NCBI GenBank assembly: GCA_030765525.1
Contig: JAVCCK010000034.1
Coordinates: 86,126 to 150,125 of the forward strand
Reading direction: 5' to 3'
DNA length: 64,000 nucleotides
Origin: Candidatus Lernaella stagnicola
Lineage (GTDB): Bacteria; Lernaellota; Lernaellaia; Lernaellales; Lernaellaceae
The position numbers and the translations under genes are program-made. This document shows positions 47,264-58,120 of this stretch, piece by piece. How positions within the stretch are numbered: position 1 is the stretch's first letter; every line of letters begins with the position of its first letter. A model generated the notes under the pieces. It worked only from the letters and a program-made list of their open reading frames with translations. It had not been told where the DNA came from and searched no databases.

Positions 47264-48595
47264 TTATAGGGGGCCGGGCGTCAACTTTTCGGCGAGCTGT
47301 AAACCCATGGCAATTGAATGGTCCATGTTGTTGTACCAGAAGGTGCCCGTGCGGCCGGCGAGACTCAAATTGGCGACCCGCGCCATGCGATCTCGCAGAG
47401 CGGCAAGTTTTTCGTCATAACCGATATCATAAATAGGATAGGACTCGCGCACCTTTTCGATGTGTACTGCCACCACGTCCTGCCGGCCGGTGATCAAATC
47501 CACACGGATCAAGTCGTCGAGAACCTGATCTTGGAACGCTTCGGGATGATCCCAAGCCTCCGGCGGTGAGGATACTTCGACGCAGAGCCCGCTGCGGCCG
47601 CCGGCGATAATATCCGGGTCGAAGGCTTCGGGCCGACTTACTCGGGAAAAAACGAGATCCTGCGAGCCGAAGTAGCACCACTGAAATTCAGGCCCATGGT
47701 GCTTCGTGGTCACGACGTTGAAGCACACGAGGTTGAGGAAATGCAGGTCGGGTTTCGTTTCGCCGGCCATGTCGAGCAGCGCGGTGGGCGAAGCCGTCCA
47801 CACGACGTGCTTGGGCTGCCACGTCCGTCCTCCGGCGCGTACTTCGGTGATCCGCTCGTCGTTCAAAACGACGCCGTCCGCCGGGGTGCCCAACAAAACA
47901 TCGCCGCCCGCCGCCACGATACGGTCACGCAGCTTCTTCGCGAAAACATCGATTCCGCCGCGCGGATAGCGGAACTGAATCTCTGCACCCTTGGGCCGGA
48001 CGAACAAACTCTTGATCAATTCGAACAAGGTGTTGATCTTCAGCCGCTCGTCGATGATGGCCCGGTCGATGCCCGTTCTCGCCCAATCGGCGTGAGTTTC
48101 GCTCGGCGTGATGCCGAGGAATTTCGTCGAGTAGTCGCGGAAAAACGCACGGTACAAAGTGCGTCCGTACATGTTCAGGATGTAGTCTTCGAAGCTGCTC
48201 GGGCGGCGTTTGCGGTACAGGCGAAACAGCAGGTCGAGAACGACGCCAACGATCAAGCGCGGCGGCAACCGCAGCAAGTGCAGCGTCGGGTGAATCGGCC
48301 AGCGGTAGTAGTGCCGGAAGAAATACACGAGGCTGGTCCGCGGTATGTGCAAGACATCGTCGCCGAGGACTTCGTCGAGGAAGCGCAGCACCGTCTCGTC
48401 GGTCGTGTGAAAGCGGTGGGGGCCGATATCGAAATTGCCTTCCGGATAATGGAAGGTGCGCGCCAGGCCGCCCAGTTGGTCTTCGCGTTCGATCACCGTC
48501 ACGCGCGACCCGGCGGCGGCAAGCCGGTCGGCAACCGTCAAACCGCAAACCCCGGCGCCGACAATCAGAAAATCGGGTTGATGGTGTTCCGGCAA
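47264..48595 (-). CDS. FAD-dependent oxidoreductase (HemY/UDP-galactopyranose mutase-like)
   Basis: IVGAGVCG, GGLART, FDIGPHRFHT, YPRGG, GRTGTFWYNNMDHS. Confidence 0.85.
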   Translation of the reverse strand: MPEHHQPDFLIVGAGVCGLTVADRLAAAGSRVTVIEREDQLGGLARTFHYPEGNFDIGPHRFHTTDETVLRFLDEVLGDDVLHIPRTSLVYFFRHYYRWPIHPTLHLLRLPPRLIVGVVLDLLFRLYRKRRPSSFEDYILNMYGRTLYRAFFRDYSTKFLGITPSETHADWARTGIDRAIIDERLKINTLFELIKSLFVRPKGAEIQFRYPRGGIDVFAKKLRDRIVAAGGDVLLGTPADGVVLNDERITEVRAGGRTWQPKHVVWTASPTALLDMAGETKPDLHFLNLVCFNVVTTKHHGPEFQWCYFGSQDLVFSRVSRPEAFDPDIIAGGRSGLCVEVSSPPEAWDHPEAFQDQVLDDLIRVDLITGRQDVVAVHIEKVRESYPIYDIGYDEKLAALRDRMARVANLSLAGRTGTFWYNNMDHSIAMGLQLAEKLTPGPL

Positions 48596-48696
48596 AAAAT
48601 CCTCCCATTTGCTATGCCAGTAGTTAACTTTGTACCGATGCGCTTGGCAAGCAAGGATACAACATTCGCCGCGCGTAAAAAAAGAAAGGACATCGC

Positions 48697-49911
48697 ATGA
48701 AGCTCGAGGATTCGTTGCCCAAAATGCGCGCTGTCGAAATCGTGCCGCTGCACGAGGGACGGGAGGAAAGTTTCCTGCTGCGGGACCCGCTGCAATTGTC
48801 CGACGAGGCGCTCACGGTATCCCACTCGGTGCTTTTCTGTTTGCAGTTCTTCGACGGCACCTTGCAGGTCGCAGCACTGGCCGCCGCATGGAAGGAAGCC
48901 GCCGACGGCAACGAATTGCCTTTGGGACAAGTCAAGAAGATCGTCAACGAACTCGATCGCGTATTCCTACTGGACAACGAACGCAGTTACGAAAAGCTTC
49001 TGAAAATCAAAACCGAATTCCTACGCGAACCCCTCCGTGCGTATCGCTTCTCGGACGGCGGCTTCCTGGATGACTGTTACCGCGCGGCGTTGTTACCGTC
49101 GCCCAGCCAAATCCCCAACGAGAGAAACGATCTGGGTGTGCTCGTGGCTCCGCACATCGATTACGAGCGCGGCGCGTCGGCCTGGGGCTTGGCGTACAGC
49201 ACGGCGAAACAACGCTTTGGCGGTGACGTGGTGATCGTGCTGGGCGTGAACCACCAACCGCATGCGACCGCGGCGACACTCACGCGCAAAGATTTCGACA
49301 CGCCGTTCGGCACTGTAAAAGCCGATGGCGAGCTGGTCGATGAAATCGCCGCCGCCCTTCCTTTCGACGCCTTTGAAGATGAATTCTGCCACCGTGACGA
49401 ACACAGCATCGAACTGGCCGCCACCGCCCTCAAGCACGCGTACGGCGACGCCTGCCCGCGGATCGTACCCATTCTTTGCGGCAGCTTCGAAGAGTTCGTC
49501 GTGCGGCAAACGTCGCCCGTCGAAACGGAAGCCGTGGTGGCGGTGCAGGAGGCTTTGCTTGCCGTGGTCGAACGTCTCGGCGAGCGCGTGTTGCTGCTGG
49601 CCAGTGTGGATCTGGCCCACATCGGGCCGCAATTCGGTTGGGCGAAGCCGATCGAAGAAACGCAGATGCGCGAGTCGCTCGACCGCGACCGGGAGTTGCT
49701 GAACAAGGTGAACGAAGGCGATGCGGAAGCGTTTTTCGAAATGCTGGTGGCCGAGGGCAACCGCCGCAACGTGTGCGGCACCGCCCCCTTGTATCACGCC
49801 TTGAGCGTGCGGCCCGGGTCCGGCTCGATGGGAGACGCCAGCCTGCATTACTGGCGCGCCGACGATGACACCGGCGCCGTGAGCTTCGGCGTAGCCGGAC
49901 GCTTGCGTTAG
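48697..49911 (+). CDS. MEMO1-family protein (AmmeMemoRadiSam protein B-like) with N-terminal extension
   Basis: APHIDY, GVNH, TPFG, EHSIE, SVDLAHIGPQFG, NVCG. Confidence 0.85.
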   Translation: MKLEDSLPKMRAVEIVPLHEGREESFLLRDPLQLSDEALTVSHSVLFCLQFFDGTLQVAALAAAWKEAADGNELPLGQVKKIVNELDRVFLLDNERSYEKLLKIKTEFLREPLRAYRFSDGGFLDDCYRAALLPSPSQIPNERNDLGVLVAPHIDYERGASAWGLAYSTAKQRFGGDVVIVLGVNHQPHATAATLTRKDFDTPFGTVKADGELVDEIAAALPFDAFEDEFCHRDEHSIELAATALKHAYGDACPRIVPILCGSFEEFVVRQTSPVETEAVVAVQEALLAVVERLGERVLLLASVDLAHIGPQFGWAKPIEETQMRESLDRDRELLNKVNEGDAEAFFEMLVAEGNRRNVCGTAPLYHALSVRPGSGSMGDASLHYWRADDDTGAVSFGVAGRLR

Positions 49912-52460
49912 GACCAGGTCACCGACCACAAATCGAAGTGCGTCACCAGATCCGGGTGCGACGGCAAAACCCGCGCGCTGAACCCGTGCCGGCCGGAGGC
50001 CTTACACGGAATGTCGGTCGCGTAGCGGAAACTGCCGTTTTGCTGATCTTCGCTATGGGTTAGATCGATGGTTTCACCGTTGATGATCACGCCCTTGTCG
50101 TCCAGCGGCCCCACGTAGACCTGCACGACCACGTCCTCGGGTTGCAGGTGTCCGAGGACGACCTGCACCGCGATACCGAAACGATCGCCTACGGCCAGGA
50201 CGTCGCCGGCGTTGATTTTGACGTCGGTGATTTTGACTTCTTGCCAGTACTTAAAAAGCTTTGTTTTCCACGCCGCGAGATCCTTGGCTCGGCGGTAACC
50301 ATCGGCCGTGAGGCGTTGATAGCGTTCGAATGCGGGTTGATAAAACTCTTCGGTGTAGTTTTGCACCATGCGGTGAGTGTTGAAGTAAGGAACCAACTCC
50401 ATCATCGATTTCTTCATCATCGCGATCCACCGACGCGGCAGGCGGTCGGCGTCGATGTCGTAGAAAGTCGGCACGATTTCGTTTTCGAGCAGGTTGTAGA
50501 GCGCGTTGGCTTCGATGTGGTCCTGCTCGGCGAAGTCGTCGTAGTCCTCGCCGGCGCCGATGGCCCAGCCGACTTCGGGTTGGTAAGCCTCGTCCCACCA
50601 ACCGTCGAGCACCGACACGTTCAGCGCCGCGTTCGCCGCGGCTTTCATGCCGGAGGTGCCGCTTGCCTCCAGCGGGCGCCGCGGGCTGTTCAACCATACG
50701 TCCACGCCCTGCACCAGATAACGCGCGACGGAGATGTCGTAGTTTTCCAGAAACACCAGGCGACGCCGCACGTGCGATTCGCGCGCGAAATGGACCAACT
50801 GCTTAATGAGTTCCTTGCCGTGCACGTCCTTCGGGTGCGCCTTGCCGGCGAAAATGAATTGAATCGGACGCTCGGAGTGAAGCAGGAGGCGACGCAGGCG
50901 GTCCGGGTTTCGCAAGATCAACGTCGCGCGTTTGTAGGTGGCGAAGCGCCGCGCGAAACCGATGGTCAGGATGTTGGGATTCAGCACTTCTTTGGCTTCG
51001 TCCAGTTCGCTGCGGCTCGCGCCCCGCTTGAGCAAGTGCTGCTGCAGACAGCGCCGCGCGAAACCCACAAGACGCTCGCGACGACGAATGTGCACGCGCC
51101 AGATCTCCTCGTCCGGGATCTGCGCGATGCGACGCCACACGGCTTCGTTTTCCGGATCCTCGTGCCACTCGCTGCCCAGGTAGGTGTCGAGCAAATCCAC
51201 CATCTCGCGGCTGAGCCACGTTCGCAAATGCACACCGTTGGTGATGGCATGGATGGGAATCTCATGAACCGGCACGCCTTCCCATTGGTTCTTCCACATT
51301 TCCCGCGTTACGACGGCGTGCAGTTTGGAGACGCCGTTGATGAAACTGGCGTGCTTGCCCGCCAGCAGGGCCATGTTGAAGCCTTCTTCGTTGTTGTTCG
51401 GGTCCAGGCGTCCCAAGGCCAGAAAGGCTTTTTTCGACAAGCCGACGCGCGCCGGATAATCGCGCAGGTATTTTTCCATCAACTCCGGCCCGAAAATATC
51501 AAACCCGGCCGGTACGGGGGTATGGGTCGTAAACACGTTGGCCGAGCCGATCGCCTCGCGGGCTTCGGAAAACTCCAGGTCGGAGCTTTCCGTGAGTTGC
51601 CGAATGCGTTCCAGGGTTAGAAACGCGCTGTGGCCTTCGTTCATGTGGCAGATGGTCGGATAGATATCCATGGCGTGCAGCGCGCGAATTCCACCGATGC
51701 CCAGCACGACTTCCTGCTGGATGCGCATTTCCTGATCGCCGCCGTATAGGGTGTCGGTGATCTTGCGGTCATCGGGGTGATTTTCGTCGCAATTGGTGTC
51801 GAGTAGATACAGCGTTACGCGGCCCACCAGCACCCGCCAAAGCTGCACTTGTACCGTGCGGTGCGGGAACCAAATCGGCACTTTCACACGCTGGCCTTCG
51901 GCGTCGAAGACCGGTTTCATCGGCAGATTGAAAAAGTCGTTGGTCGGATACTGCTCCTGCTGCCACCCGTCGACGTTCAGGTACTGCCGGAAGTACCCCT
52001 GTTGGTAGGCCAGACCGACCGCGACCAGCGGCAAGCCGAGATCCGAGGCGCTCTTGAGGGTATCACCGGCCAAAACGCCTAGGCCACCGGAATAAACGGG
52101 CAGGCTTTCCGAAAGGCCGAATTCCATCGAGAAATAGGCGAAGCGATTGCCGTTGGCGCCGTACTTTTTCTGGTACCATCCTTTGCTGTTCAGGTAGACC
52201 TGCAGCGCCACGTACACGCGGTTCAAATGAGCCAGAAAGCCGTCGTCGTTCGCCAATTCTTCCAGGCGGGCCTGACTGACGCGGCCCAGCATCAACACCG
52301 GGTTATGGTTCAAGTCCTCCCATAAATCCCGATCGACACGTCGGAAAAGCACAATGGCATCGTGATGCCACGTCCACCATAAGTTGTAGGCGATTTCGAG
52401 CAGCGAAGAAATTTTGTCCGGCAGTTTCGGTACGATTTCGTACTTGTAAATGGTCGGCAT
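49908..52460 (-). CDS. glgP: Alpha-glucan phosphorylase
   Basis: YFSMEFG, YSGGLGVLAGD, NEGH, ARRFATYKR, PLP site EASGTSGMK. Confidence 0.96.
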   Translation of the reverse strand: MPTIYKYEIVPKLPDKISSLLEIAYNLWWTWHHDAIVLFRRVDRDLWEDLNHNPVLMLGRVSQARLEELANDDGFLAHLNRVYVALQVYLNSKGWYQKKYGANGNRFAYFSMEFGLSESLPVYSGGLGVLAGDTLKSASDLGLPLVAVGLAYQQGYFRQYLNVDGWQQEQYPTNDFFNLPMKPVFDAEGQRVKVPIWFPHRTVQVQLWRVLVGRVTLYLLDTNCDENHPDDRKITDTLYGGDQEMRIQQEVVLGIGGIRALHAMDIYPTICHMNEGHSAFLTLERIRQLTESSDLEFSEAREAIGSANVFTTHTPVPAGFDIFGPELMEKYLRDYPARVGLSKKAFLALGRLDPNNNEEGFNMALLAGKHASFINGVSKLHAVVTREMWKNQWEGVPVHEIPIHAITNGVHLRTWLSREMVDLLDTYLGSEWHEDPENEAVWRRIAQIPDEEIWRVHIRRRERLVGFARRCLQQHLLKRGASRSELDEAKEVLNPNILTIGFARRFATYKRATLILRNPDRLRRLLLHSERPIQFIFAGKAHPKDVHGKELIKQLVHFARESHVRRRLVFLENYDISVARYLVQGVDVWLNSPRRPLEASGTSGMKAAANAALNVSVLDGWWDEAYQPEVGWAIGAGEDYDDFAEQDHIEANALYNLLENEIVPTFYDIDADRLPRRWIAMMKKSMMELVPYFNTHRMVQNYTEEFYQPAFERYQRLTADGYRRAKDLAAWKTKLFKYWQEVKITDVKINAGDVLAVGDRFGIAVQVVLGHLQPEDVVVQVYVGPLDDKGVIINGETIDLTHSEDQQNGSFRYATDIPCKASGRHGFSARVLPSHPDLVTHFDLWSVTWS

Positions 52461-52570
52461 CGAATCCTCGCTATGTTCAGTTGTATAACATTACTGTGAG
52501 CACGGTAACCATTACAGTCCAGGATATCGAGTGGTTACTCTGCTAAAAAGCTTGGCGCGAAAAAACGGCC

Positions 52571-53578
52571 TCACTGTTCTCCGGCATGGTCGCGATACCA
52601 TGCCGCCGCCTCCAGAAAGGCCTGCAGGGTGTCGTATTTAGGCCGAAAACCAAGCTCAGCCAGTGCCCGACCCGTACTGTAGCACGTATGTTCAAGCGCG
52701 CTACGGGCGAATTCCGGTAGAATAAAAGGATCGCCGATCCACGTCGTTACCGCGTTGATTACCGGCAACGCCAGGCGCGGCAGGGGAATGGGCACGCTGT
52801 GGCTATCGAGCGCATCGGTCACCGCGTCGAAAATCTCGGCGACGGTCGCCGCTCCGGCCCCGGCCACGTTGTACGTCCGACCCGACGCCTGCGGCCGCGT
52901 CAGGGCGCGTTCGATGGCGTCGACGGCGTCGCGCCGATGGACGCAATGTTTCAACGTGCTGCCCGATTGAGTAAGCGGGATCGGCAGATGTCGCAGTGCC
53001 AAGCGGAACAAACGGTTGACCATCGCGATGTTCGCCGGAAAACGACCGAGAATCGTGGCGAAGCGTAAGACCACCACTTCCAGGTCGCCGCTCCGGTGCA
53101 GCTCGTTCAGCACGTATTCCGCTTCCAGTTTGGATCGCCCATACGGCCCGTTGGGTGCCGGCGGGGTCGCTTCGGTGCACGGACACTCGCGGGGCGGCGG
53201 GCCGTAAACACTCTCGCCGCTGGCGTAGAGGAATCGGCCAACACCGGCGTCCCGCGCCATCAGCGCCAGCCGCCGTGTCCCTTCCAGATTGACGTGGAAC
53301 ATCTGCTTGTCGTAACCCACCGGGCCGATGCGCGCGATCAAATCACGATTGGGGCGAACCTCCGCCAAGTGCACGATGGCCGTGGCGCCTTCCACGGCTC
53401 GTTTCATGACCAGCGGGTTGAACAGGTCGCCGATTACGGTCTCGTGGCCGGCAAACCACGGGCGTACGGTCAGGCCGACCAAGCGTAGGCGTACTCGCTT
53501 CGCGGCCAAATGGGCCGTCAACTCGCGTCCCAATCGGCCGCCGGCGGCAGTGATGACGATTAGTTCTCGTTCTGCCAC
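52571..53578 (-). CDS. NAD-dependent epimerase/dehydratase (extended SDR)
   Basis: ITAAGGRLG, VHLA, NLEGT, YGRSKLEAE (YxxxK). Confidence 0.85.
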   Translation of the reverse strand: MAERELIVITAAGGRLGRELTAHLAAKRVRLRLVGLTVRPWFAGHETVIGDLFNPLVMKRAVEGATAIVHLAEVRPNRDLIARIGPVGYDKQMFHVNLEGTRRLALMARDAGVGRFLYASGESVYGPPPRECPCTEATPPAPNGPYGRSKLEAEYVLNELHRSGDLEVVVLRFATILGRFPANIAMVNRLFRLALRHLPIPLTQSGSTLKHCVHRRDAVDAIERALTRPQASGRTYNVAGAGAATVAEIFDAVTDALDSHSVPIPLPRLALPVINAVTTWIGDPFILPEFARSALEHTCYSTGRALAELGFRPKYDTLQAFLEAAAWYRDHAGEQ

Positions 53579-54417
53579 TGCGGCTCCTCCAGCAATTTGA
53601 CCAAGTGCACGAAACTTTTCTCAACCCACTTGTCCTCTTTGCGCCCGTTCCACAAAGGCAGGTCGACATCCACCGCGCACAAGCCGTCAAATCGATGCCG
53701 CGCCAACAAGCGGAAAATCTCCCGAAAATCGATCTGCCCTTCACCGATCGGACGGCCTGCGGTGCGCAAACCCATGCCCACGCGATCCTGCAAAAACACG
53801 GTCGCCGCCAACGGGGCGAATTCATCCACCAGCCGGTAGGGATCCTCACCTTGCGCCAACGCCTGACCTGTATTGAGCGCCACTTTCAAGTTGTCACGAT
53901 CGACACGGCGAACCAGCCACAGCAGTTTCTGGATGCCGACCACACCTTGATTGGCGAAGGTCACGACCAAGTTGGCTTCCGCCGCGCGATCGCAAAACTC
54001 CGCCAGGCGCTTGGCCGCCCATCGCATTTGCATGCGTCCGGTGAAACTGAATCCACCATACAAGGGGGCCAGCGAGGGCAGGGGCAGGTAGAATGCGGGT
54101 CTCGCCTCGACGGTACGGACTCGCAGGCGGCGGGCCAGTGTCCAAAACGAATTCAGTTCACGACCCACCAGTCGCCACGCCGCGTCCGGCATCGAGAGCG
54201 GCACGCCGAAGCCAAGCGTGTACTCGAGCCGAAATTCGCTCTGCAATTGCAGCAGTTTTACGGGGTTAGTCCGCCATGCGGCGGGCAGGGCGAAATATTC
54301 CAGCGAGACGCCGACAGCGCCCAGCTCCGCGCCGCGCCGAATCATCGTCTCGTGGTCGAGGCGACCGGCCAGCAGCGAGTTGTGATAGCTCCACCAATCC
54401 AGGGCGAGACGAATCAT
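53560..54417 (-). CDS. Sugar phosphate isomerase/epimerase-like TIM barrel with degenerate metal ligands
   Basis: GEGQIDF..IF..L...FDG signature; ligand positions read ANQ, NTGQ, FLQD. Confidence 0.72.
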   Translation of the reverse strand: MIRLALDWWSYHNSLLAGRLDHETMIRRGAELGAVGVSLEYFALPAAWRTNPVKLLQLQSEFRLEYTLGFGVPLSMPDAAWRLVGRELNSFWTLARRLRVRTVEARPAFYLPLPSLAPLYGGFSFTGRMQMRWAAKRLAEFCDRAAEANLVVTFANQGVVGIQKLLWLVRRVDRDNLKVALNTGQALAQGEDPYRLVDEFAPLAATVFLQDRVGMGLRTAGRPIGEGQIDFREIFRLLARHRFDGLCAVDVDLPLWNGRKEDKWVEKSFVHLVKLLEEPQWQNEN

Positions 54418-54527
54418 ATTCGTTGGTCTCCGAAACACGCGGCCACACGTTACGGAAAAAACGACAGGGGTGCAAACCGGGCAAGATTCTACTATTAAGT
54501 AATTAACCATTCTTGCAGGAGGCCGGC

Positions 54528-55229
54528 ATGCTCACTGTGGCGATTGTGGTCGCCGGTGGCCGGGGGCGTCGCATGCGCACCGACCAGGCGAAGCAATACA
54601 TCGAGCTGGAAGGCAAATCGATTCTCCAACGCTCTCTCGAAGCGGTGGCGGCCGCCGATCTCGTCGACCAGATCATTCTCGTGGTGCCCCGGGGAGACGT
54701 CGTGTTCTGCCGCGACACATTGGTCGACCGGGGAAATCTGGACAAGATGGTGCGCGTCGCCATGGGCGGCAAGAACCGGCAGGAATCGGTTGCCAAAGGC
54801 TTGGCGGCCATCGAAAAGCTCGGCCTGCTGCCCGATGTCGTCGTCGTGCACGACGGTGTGCGCCCCTTCGTCGATCCCAAGCTCATCGATAAATCGGTGC
54901 GCATCGCCGCTAACTTTGGCGGCGCCTTGGTGGCCGTGCCGGTCACAGACACAATCAAGGTCATTACCGACGACGGTTTTATTCGGCAGACTCCGGACCG
55001 GCGGTGGCTCTTCAGCGCCCAGACGCCGCAGGCATTCCAGTACCACACGCTGGTCGACGCGCACCGCAAGGCCGAGGCCGACGGTTTCGTGGGCACCGAT
55101 GATTGCCAGCTTGTCGAGCGCGTGGGCGGGCAGATTGTCATCGTGGAAGGCGATGAACGAAACATCAAGATCACGACGCCGCACGATCTTCTCGTGGCGC
55201 GGGCTTTGCTGAAAGGAGTTCGGCGATGA
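54528..55229 (+). CDS. ispD: MEP cytidylyltransferase
   Basis: [42 protein letters not shown]. Confidence 0.96.
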   Translation: MLTVAIVVAGGRGRRMRTDQAKQYIELEGKSILQRSLEAVAAADLVDQIILVVPRGDVVFCRDTLVDRGNLDKMVRVAMGGKNRQESVAKGLAAIEKLGLLPDVVVVHDGVRPFVDPKLIDKSVRIAANFGGALVAVPVTDTIKVITDDGFIRQTPDRRWLFSAQTPQAFQYHTLVDAHRKAEADGFVGTDDCQLVERVGGQIVIVEGDERNIKITTPHDLLVARALLKGVRR

Positions 55230-55708
55230 CCTACCGCATCGGGCACGGTTACGATGTGCACCGCCTTGTTGCGGGGCGTCTTCTCATCCTCGGCGGCGTG
55301 ACGATCGACTTCGAAAAAGGATTGCTCGGTCACAGCGACGCCGACGTGCTGACCCACGCGGTAGCCGACGCGGTTCTCGGTGCCGCGGCGCTGGGCGACA
55401 TCGGCCGCCATTTTCCCGACACCGACCCAGAATACGCCGGGGCCGACAGCCTTGAACTGCTTGCGCGCTGCGTGCGTTTCGCCCGTGAACGGGGCTTCGT
55501 CGTCGCAAATGTCGACGCCACGGTGATCGCAGAGAAACCGAAGATCGCGCCCTTCGTCGAGAAGATGCGGGAGAACCTGGCACGCGTGTTGGGAGTCGGC
55601 GAGATGTGCGTCAACGTCAAGGCGACAACCGAAGAGGGGCTGGGCATAACCGGGCAGGGCGAAGCGATGGTCGCGCACGCGGTCGTCCTGTTGAAGCTGA
55701 TCGATTAG
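55226..55708 (+). CDS. ispF: MEcPP synthase
   Basis: [36 protein letters not shown]. Confidence 0.97.
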   Translation: MTYRIGHGYDVHRLVAGRLLILGGVTIDFEKGLLGHSDADVLTHAVADAVLGAAALGDIGRHFPDTDPEYAGADSLELLARCVRFARERGFVVANVDATVIAEKPKIAPFVEKMRENLARVLGVGEMCVNVKATTEEGLGITGQGEAMVAHAVVLLKLID

Positions 55709-57246
55709 GGAGTCGGCTCGGCCCGCCGCTCCATGACCAAAAGGCGCTCGTCGAGATAATCAAGATCGAACAGCGGCTCGGCTCGTTCGGCGATGGCGTG
55801 AAGGTTGGCGGCAAACCCCGTCGCCACCAAGTGAGTGTACTGCCCCACCATGTCCGGATCATCCAGATGCCATATGCGGCTTACGTCCGGCAGTCGTGAC
55901 GGATTGCGCACGGTCACGATGCCCGTACCGAACAGCGCCCGCAGATAGCCGCCGCCGGTGATCACCCGGTGATACGGCAGGTAGCGCAACGGATTGACCG
56001 AGTTCGGGTACGAATAGGGGTCGGCCGCCTTCTCCAAATACGACCGGTTCTCTCGAAAATGAAAATGCGAGTCGGCGAGTATCAACATCTTCGCCCGCGG
56101 TGGAACCAACTGTTCCAGCACGCGGCGCTCTTGCTGAAGAACGCCGCCCGCCTGAAACCACCATACCGCGTTCCACGCCAGCAGCGCCGCCACCGCAAGC
56201 CCCGCCAGGCGAAAACGGCGCGTCGAGAGAGTCGCGGGGCTGGATGTCGATGCGAACAACAGCAGAACCGCCACGAAGATCAGCCGCTGTCCCGGCCGCA
56301 GCAGTTCGTAAATACGGGTGGGCGTCAGCAGGCCGATGATAATCAGGGCGACGGCGAGCACGATCACTGGATTGCGGCGGTCGAAGCGGCCCCGCACGGC
56401 AGACACCACGATGAACGCGCCGACGGCCAGGATTGCTGCGGCGTTGATCGCCGTGTTGATCCAAGCCGCCCAGGTCGGCGTCAACGGGTAGTAACTCGAC
56501 GCAATCGCCCACGGGCCGACCTTGTACCACGTGTAGTAAAGGGGATTGTGAAAGGCGTAGTGAAACCAGAACTCGCCCGCTCGTTGCGAAACGTACCACG
56601 CCAAACACGCCAAAGACGGCGCAAAGGCCGTGCCGGTCACCAGCAGCCGACGCCCCCGTTGCTTGCCGAAGCACGCGAAAATCAGCACGGCCAAACCGGC
56701 GACCGCAAAAGTCAGGAAGTGCGACAGGTAAACCAGAAACACGAGTGCCGCGAGAATCAGCCAGCGCCCGACCGACCACTTGTCCTCAACGCGACGCAGG
56801 AAACCGAGCACCAGGAAGAGCAGTGCCAAGCCGATCGTGAAATTGAAGAAACCCATCAAGAAAAAATGGTTGGCCGCGTACACGACCGCCGCCAGTTCAG
56901 CCAGCGGGCGCTCCCGGCCTTCGGCGCGTGCGAAATAGGAAAACGCCGTCACGAACAAGATCAAATACAGCGCGTAGGCCAGCGCCGCCGCGGTGAATAC
57001 CGGCGCCAGCTTCGTCAAACCGGCGATCACCAGGGTCCCGAGCAGGTTCGGGATGGGCTGCAGGTTGACCACAAAATTGTCCGCCCACGGCTGACTTCCG
57101 GCGTCGGCGATGATCTGCGCCTGCAGCACCCAGTCCATTTGATCCTGCAGGGGCGCCACGCGCACGAGTAACGGCCACGTTGCCAAAAACAACGTCAGCG
57201 CCGCCAACGTGATGTAACGCTCGCGTTTCCGGTGTGCCTCGTTCAT
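55705..57246 (-). CDS. Polytopic membrane protein, possible GT-C glycosyltransferase
   Basis: About 11-12 TM segments; PLQD in the first loop; MGFFNF, YLSH; C-terminal extracytoplasmic domain. Confidence 0.62.
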   Translation of the reverse strand: MNEAHRKRERYITLAALTLFLATWPLLVRVAPLQDQMDWVLQAQIIADAGSQPWADNFVVNLQPIPNLLGTLVIAGLTKLAPVFTAAALAYALYLILFVTAFSYFARAEGRERPLAELAAVVYAANHFFLMGFFNFTIGLALLFLVLGFLRRVEDKWSVGRWLILAALVFLVYLSHFLTFAVAGLAVLIFACFGKQRGRRLLVTGTAFAPSLACLAWYVSQRAGEFWFHYAFHNPLYYTWYKVGPWAIASSYYPLTPTWAAWINTAINAAAILAVGAFIVVSAVRGRFDRRNPVIVLAVALIIIGLLTPTRIYELLRPGQRLIFVAVLLLFASTSSPATLSTRRFRLAGLAVAALLAWNAVWWFQAGGVLQQERRVLEQLVPPRAKMLILADSHFHFRENRSYLEKAADPYSYPNSVNPLRYLPYHRVITGGGYLRALFGTGIVTVRNPSRLPDVSRIWHLDDPDMVGQYTHLVATGFAANLHAIAERAEPLFDLDYLDERLLVMERRAEPTP

Positions 57247-57356
57247 GGGCCCCTGCTTAGCGCGTTTGCCGCCAAAAGAAAAGACGAGCCGCAAAAACTT
57301 GCGCTATCGCGGGGGCTTGCGGTAGGATGACGGCAACTATCCGCGGGGGAGGTCGT

Positions 57357-58046
57357 ATGCGGCGTACATTGCGCCTTGTCGGAATCGCGTTGATCGTGTT
57401 GTGTTGGGTCGGCGCGGCGCAGGCCGCCGAGAAGAAAATCGGCCTGGGCCTCAAGCTCGGCTACCACAACTTTGTGCGCTACAACCCCACCGACGACCCC
57501 GATGGCGACGGCGTGCTCGAAGATGGTGAGATCGACCAATCGATCGACGCCGGTGCGTTCGACGGCTTTGCTGTCGAAGGTGATTTTGAGTATCGCTTCC
57601 ACCCGAATTTCGTACTCGGCGGCGGAGTCCAGTGGTACGGGGCCAATGTGATCGTCGACGGCGTCACCGACGAAAACCGCGTCAAGGGCGACATCGCACT
57701 TTCGATCACGGCCCTGACGATTACGCCCAAGATCGTTCTGCCGATCAAATTCGTGAACCTGTATACCGGCGGCGGCTTGGGGCTGTACTGGCGGGTGTTG
57801 GGCTCCAGCTATGAATACACCGACCGCTTCGGCAACGACACCTCCGAATCCAACGCCGACAGCCAGGGCACGCTCGGCTACCACGCGATGGTCGGCGCCG
57901 AATTCTTCGTACTCAATTGGATCGGTATCGTCCTGGAAGATCGCTTCGCTTTCGTGCACTTCAAGGGGCAGGACCCCAAAACCGACCTGGACGACAACGA
58001 CGCCGGCGGCAATTCGGTCTTTCTCGGTACGCGCTTCCATTTCTAA
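57357..58046 (+). CDS. Outer-membrane beta-barrel protein
   Basis: Signal peptide (AQA-A), alternating beta strands, YTGGGLGLY, C-terminal GTRFHF; loop DPDGDG. Confidence 0.85.
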   Translation: MRRTLRLVGIALIVLCWVGAAQAAEKKIGLGLKLGYHNFVRYNPTDDPDGDGVLEDGEIDQSIDAGAFDGFAVEGDFEYRFHPNFVLGGGVQWYGANVIVDGVTDENRVKGDIALSITALTITPKIVLPIKFVNLYTGGGLGLYWRVLGSSYEYTDRFGNDTSESNADSQGTLGYHAMVGAEFFVLNWIGIVLEDRFAFVHFKGQDPKTDLDDNDAGGNSVFLGTRFHF

Positions 58047-58120
58047 GGCTCCGGCTTGTCCGCCGCGCGGCGGGTCGTTACCGTAGCAACCTCATCGTAT
58101 CTATACCGGAGGAAAGCCAC

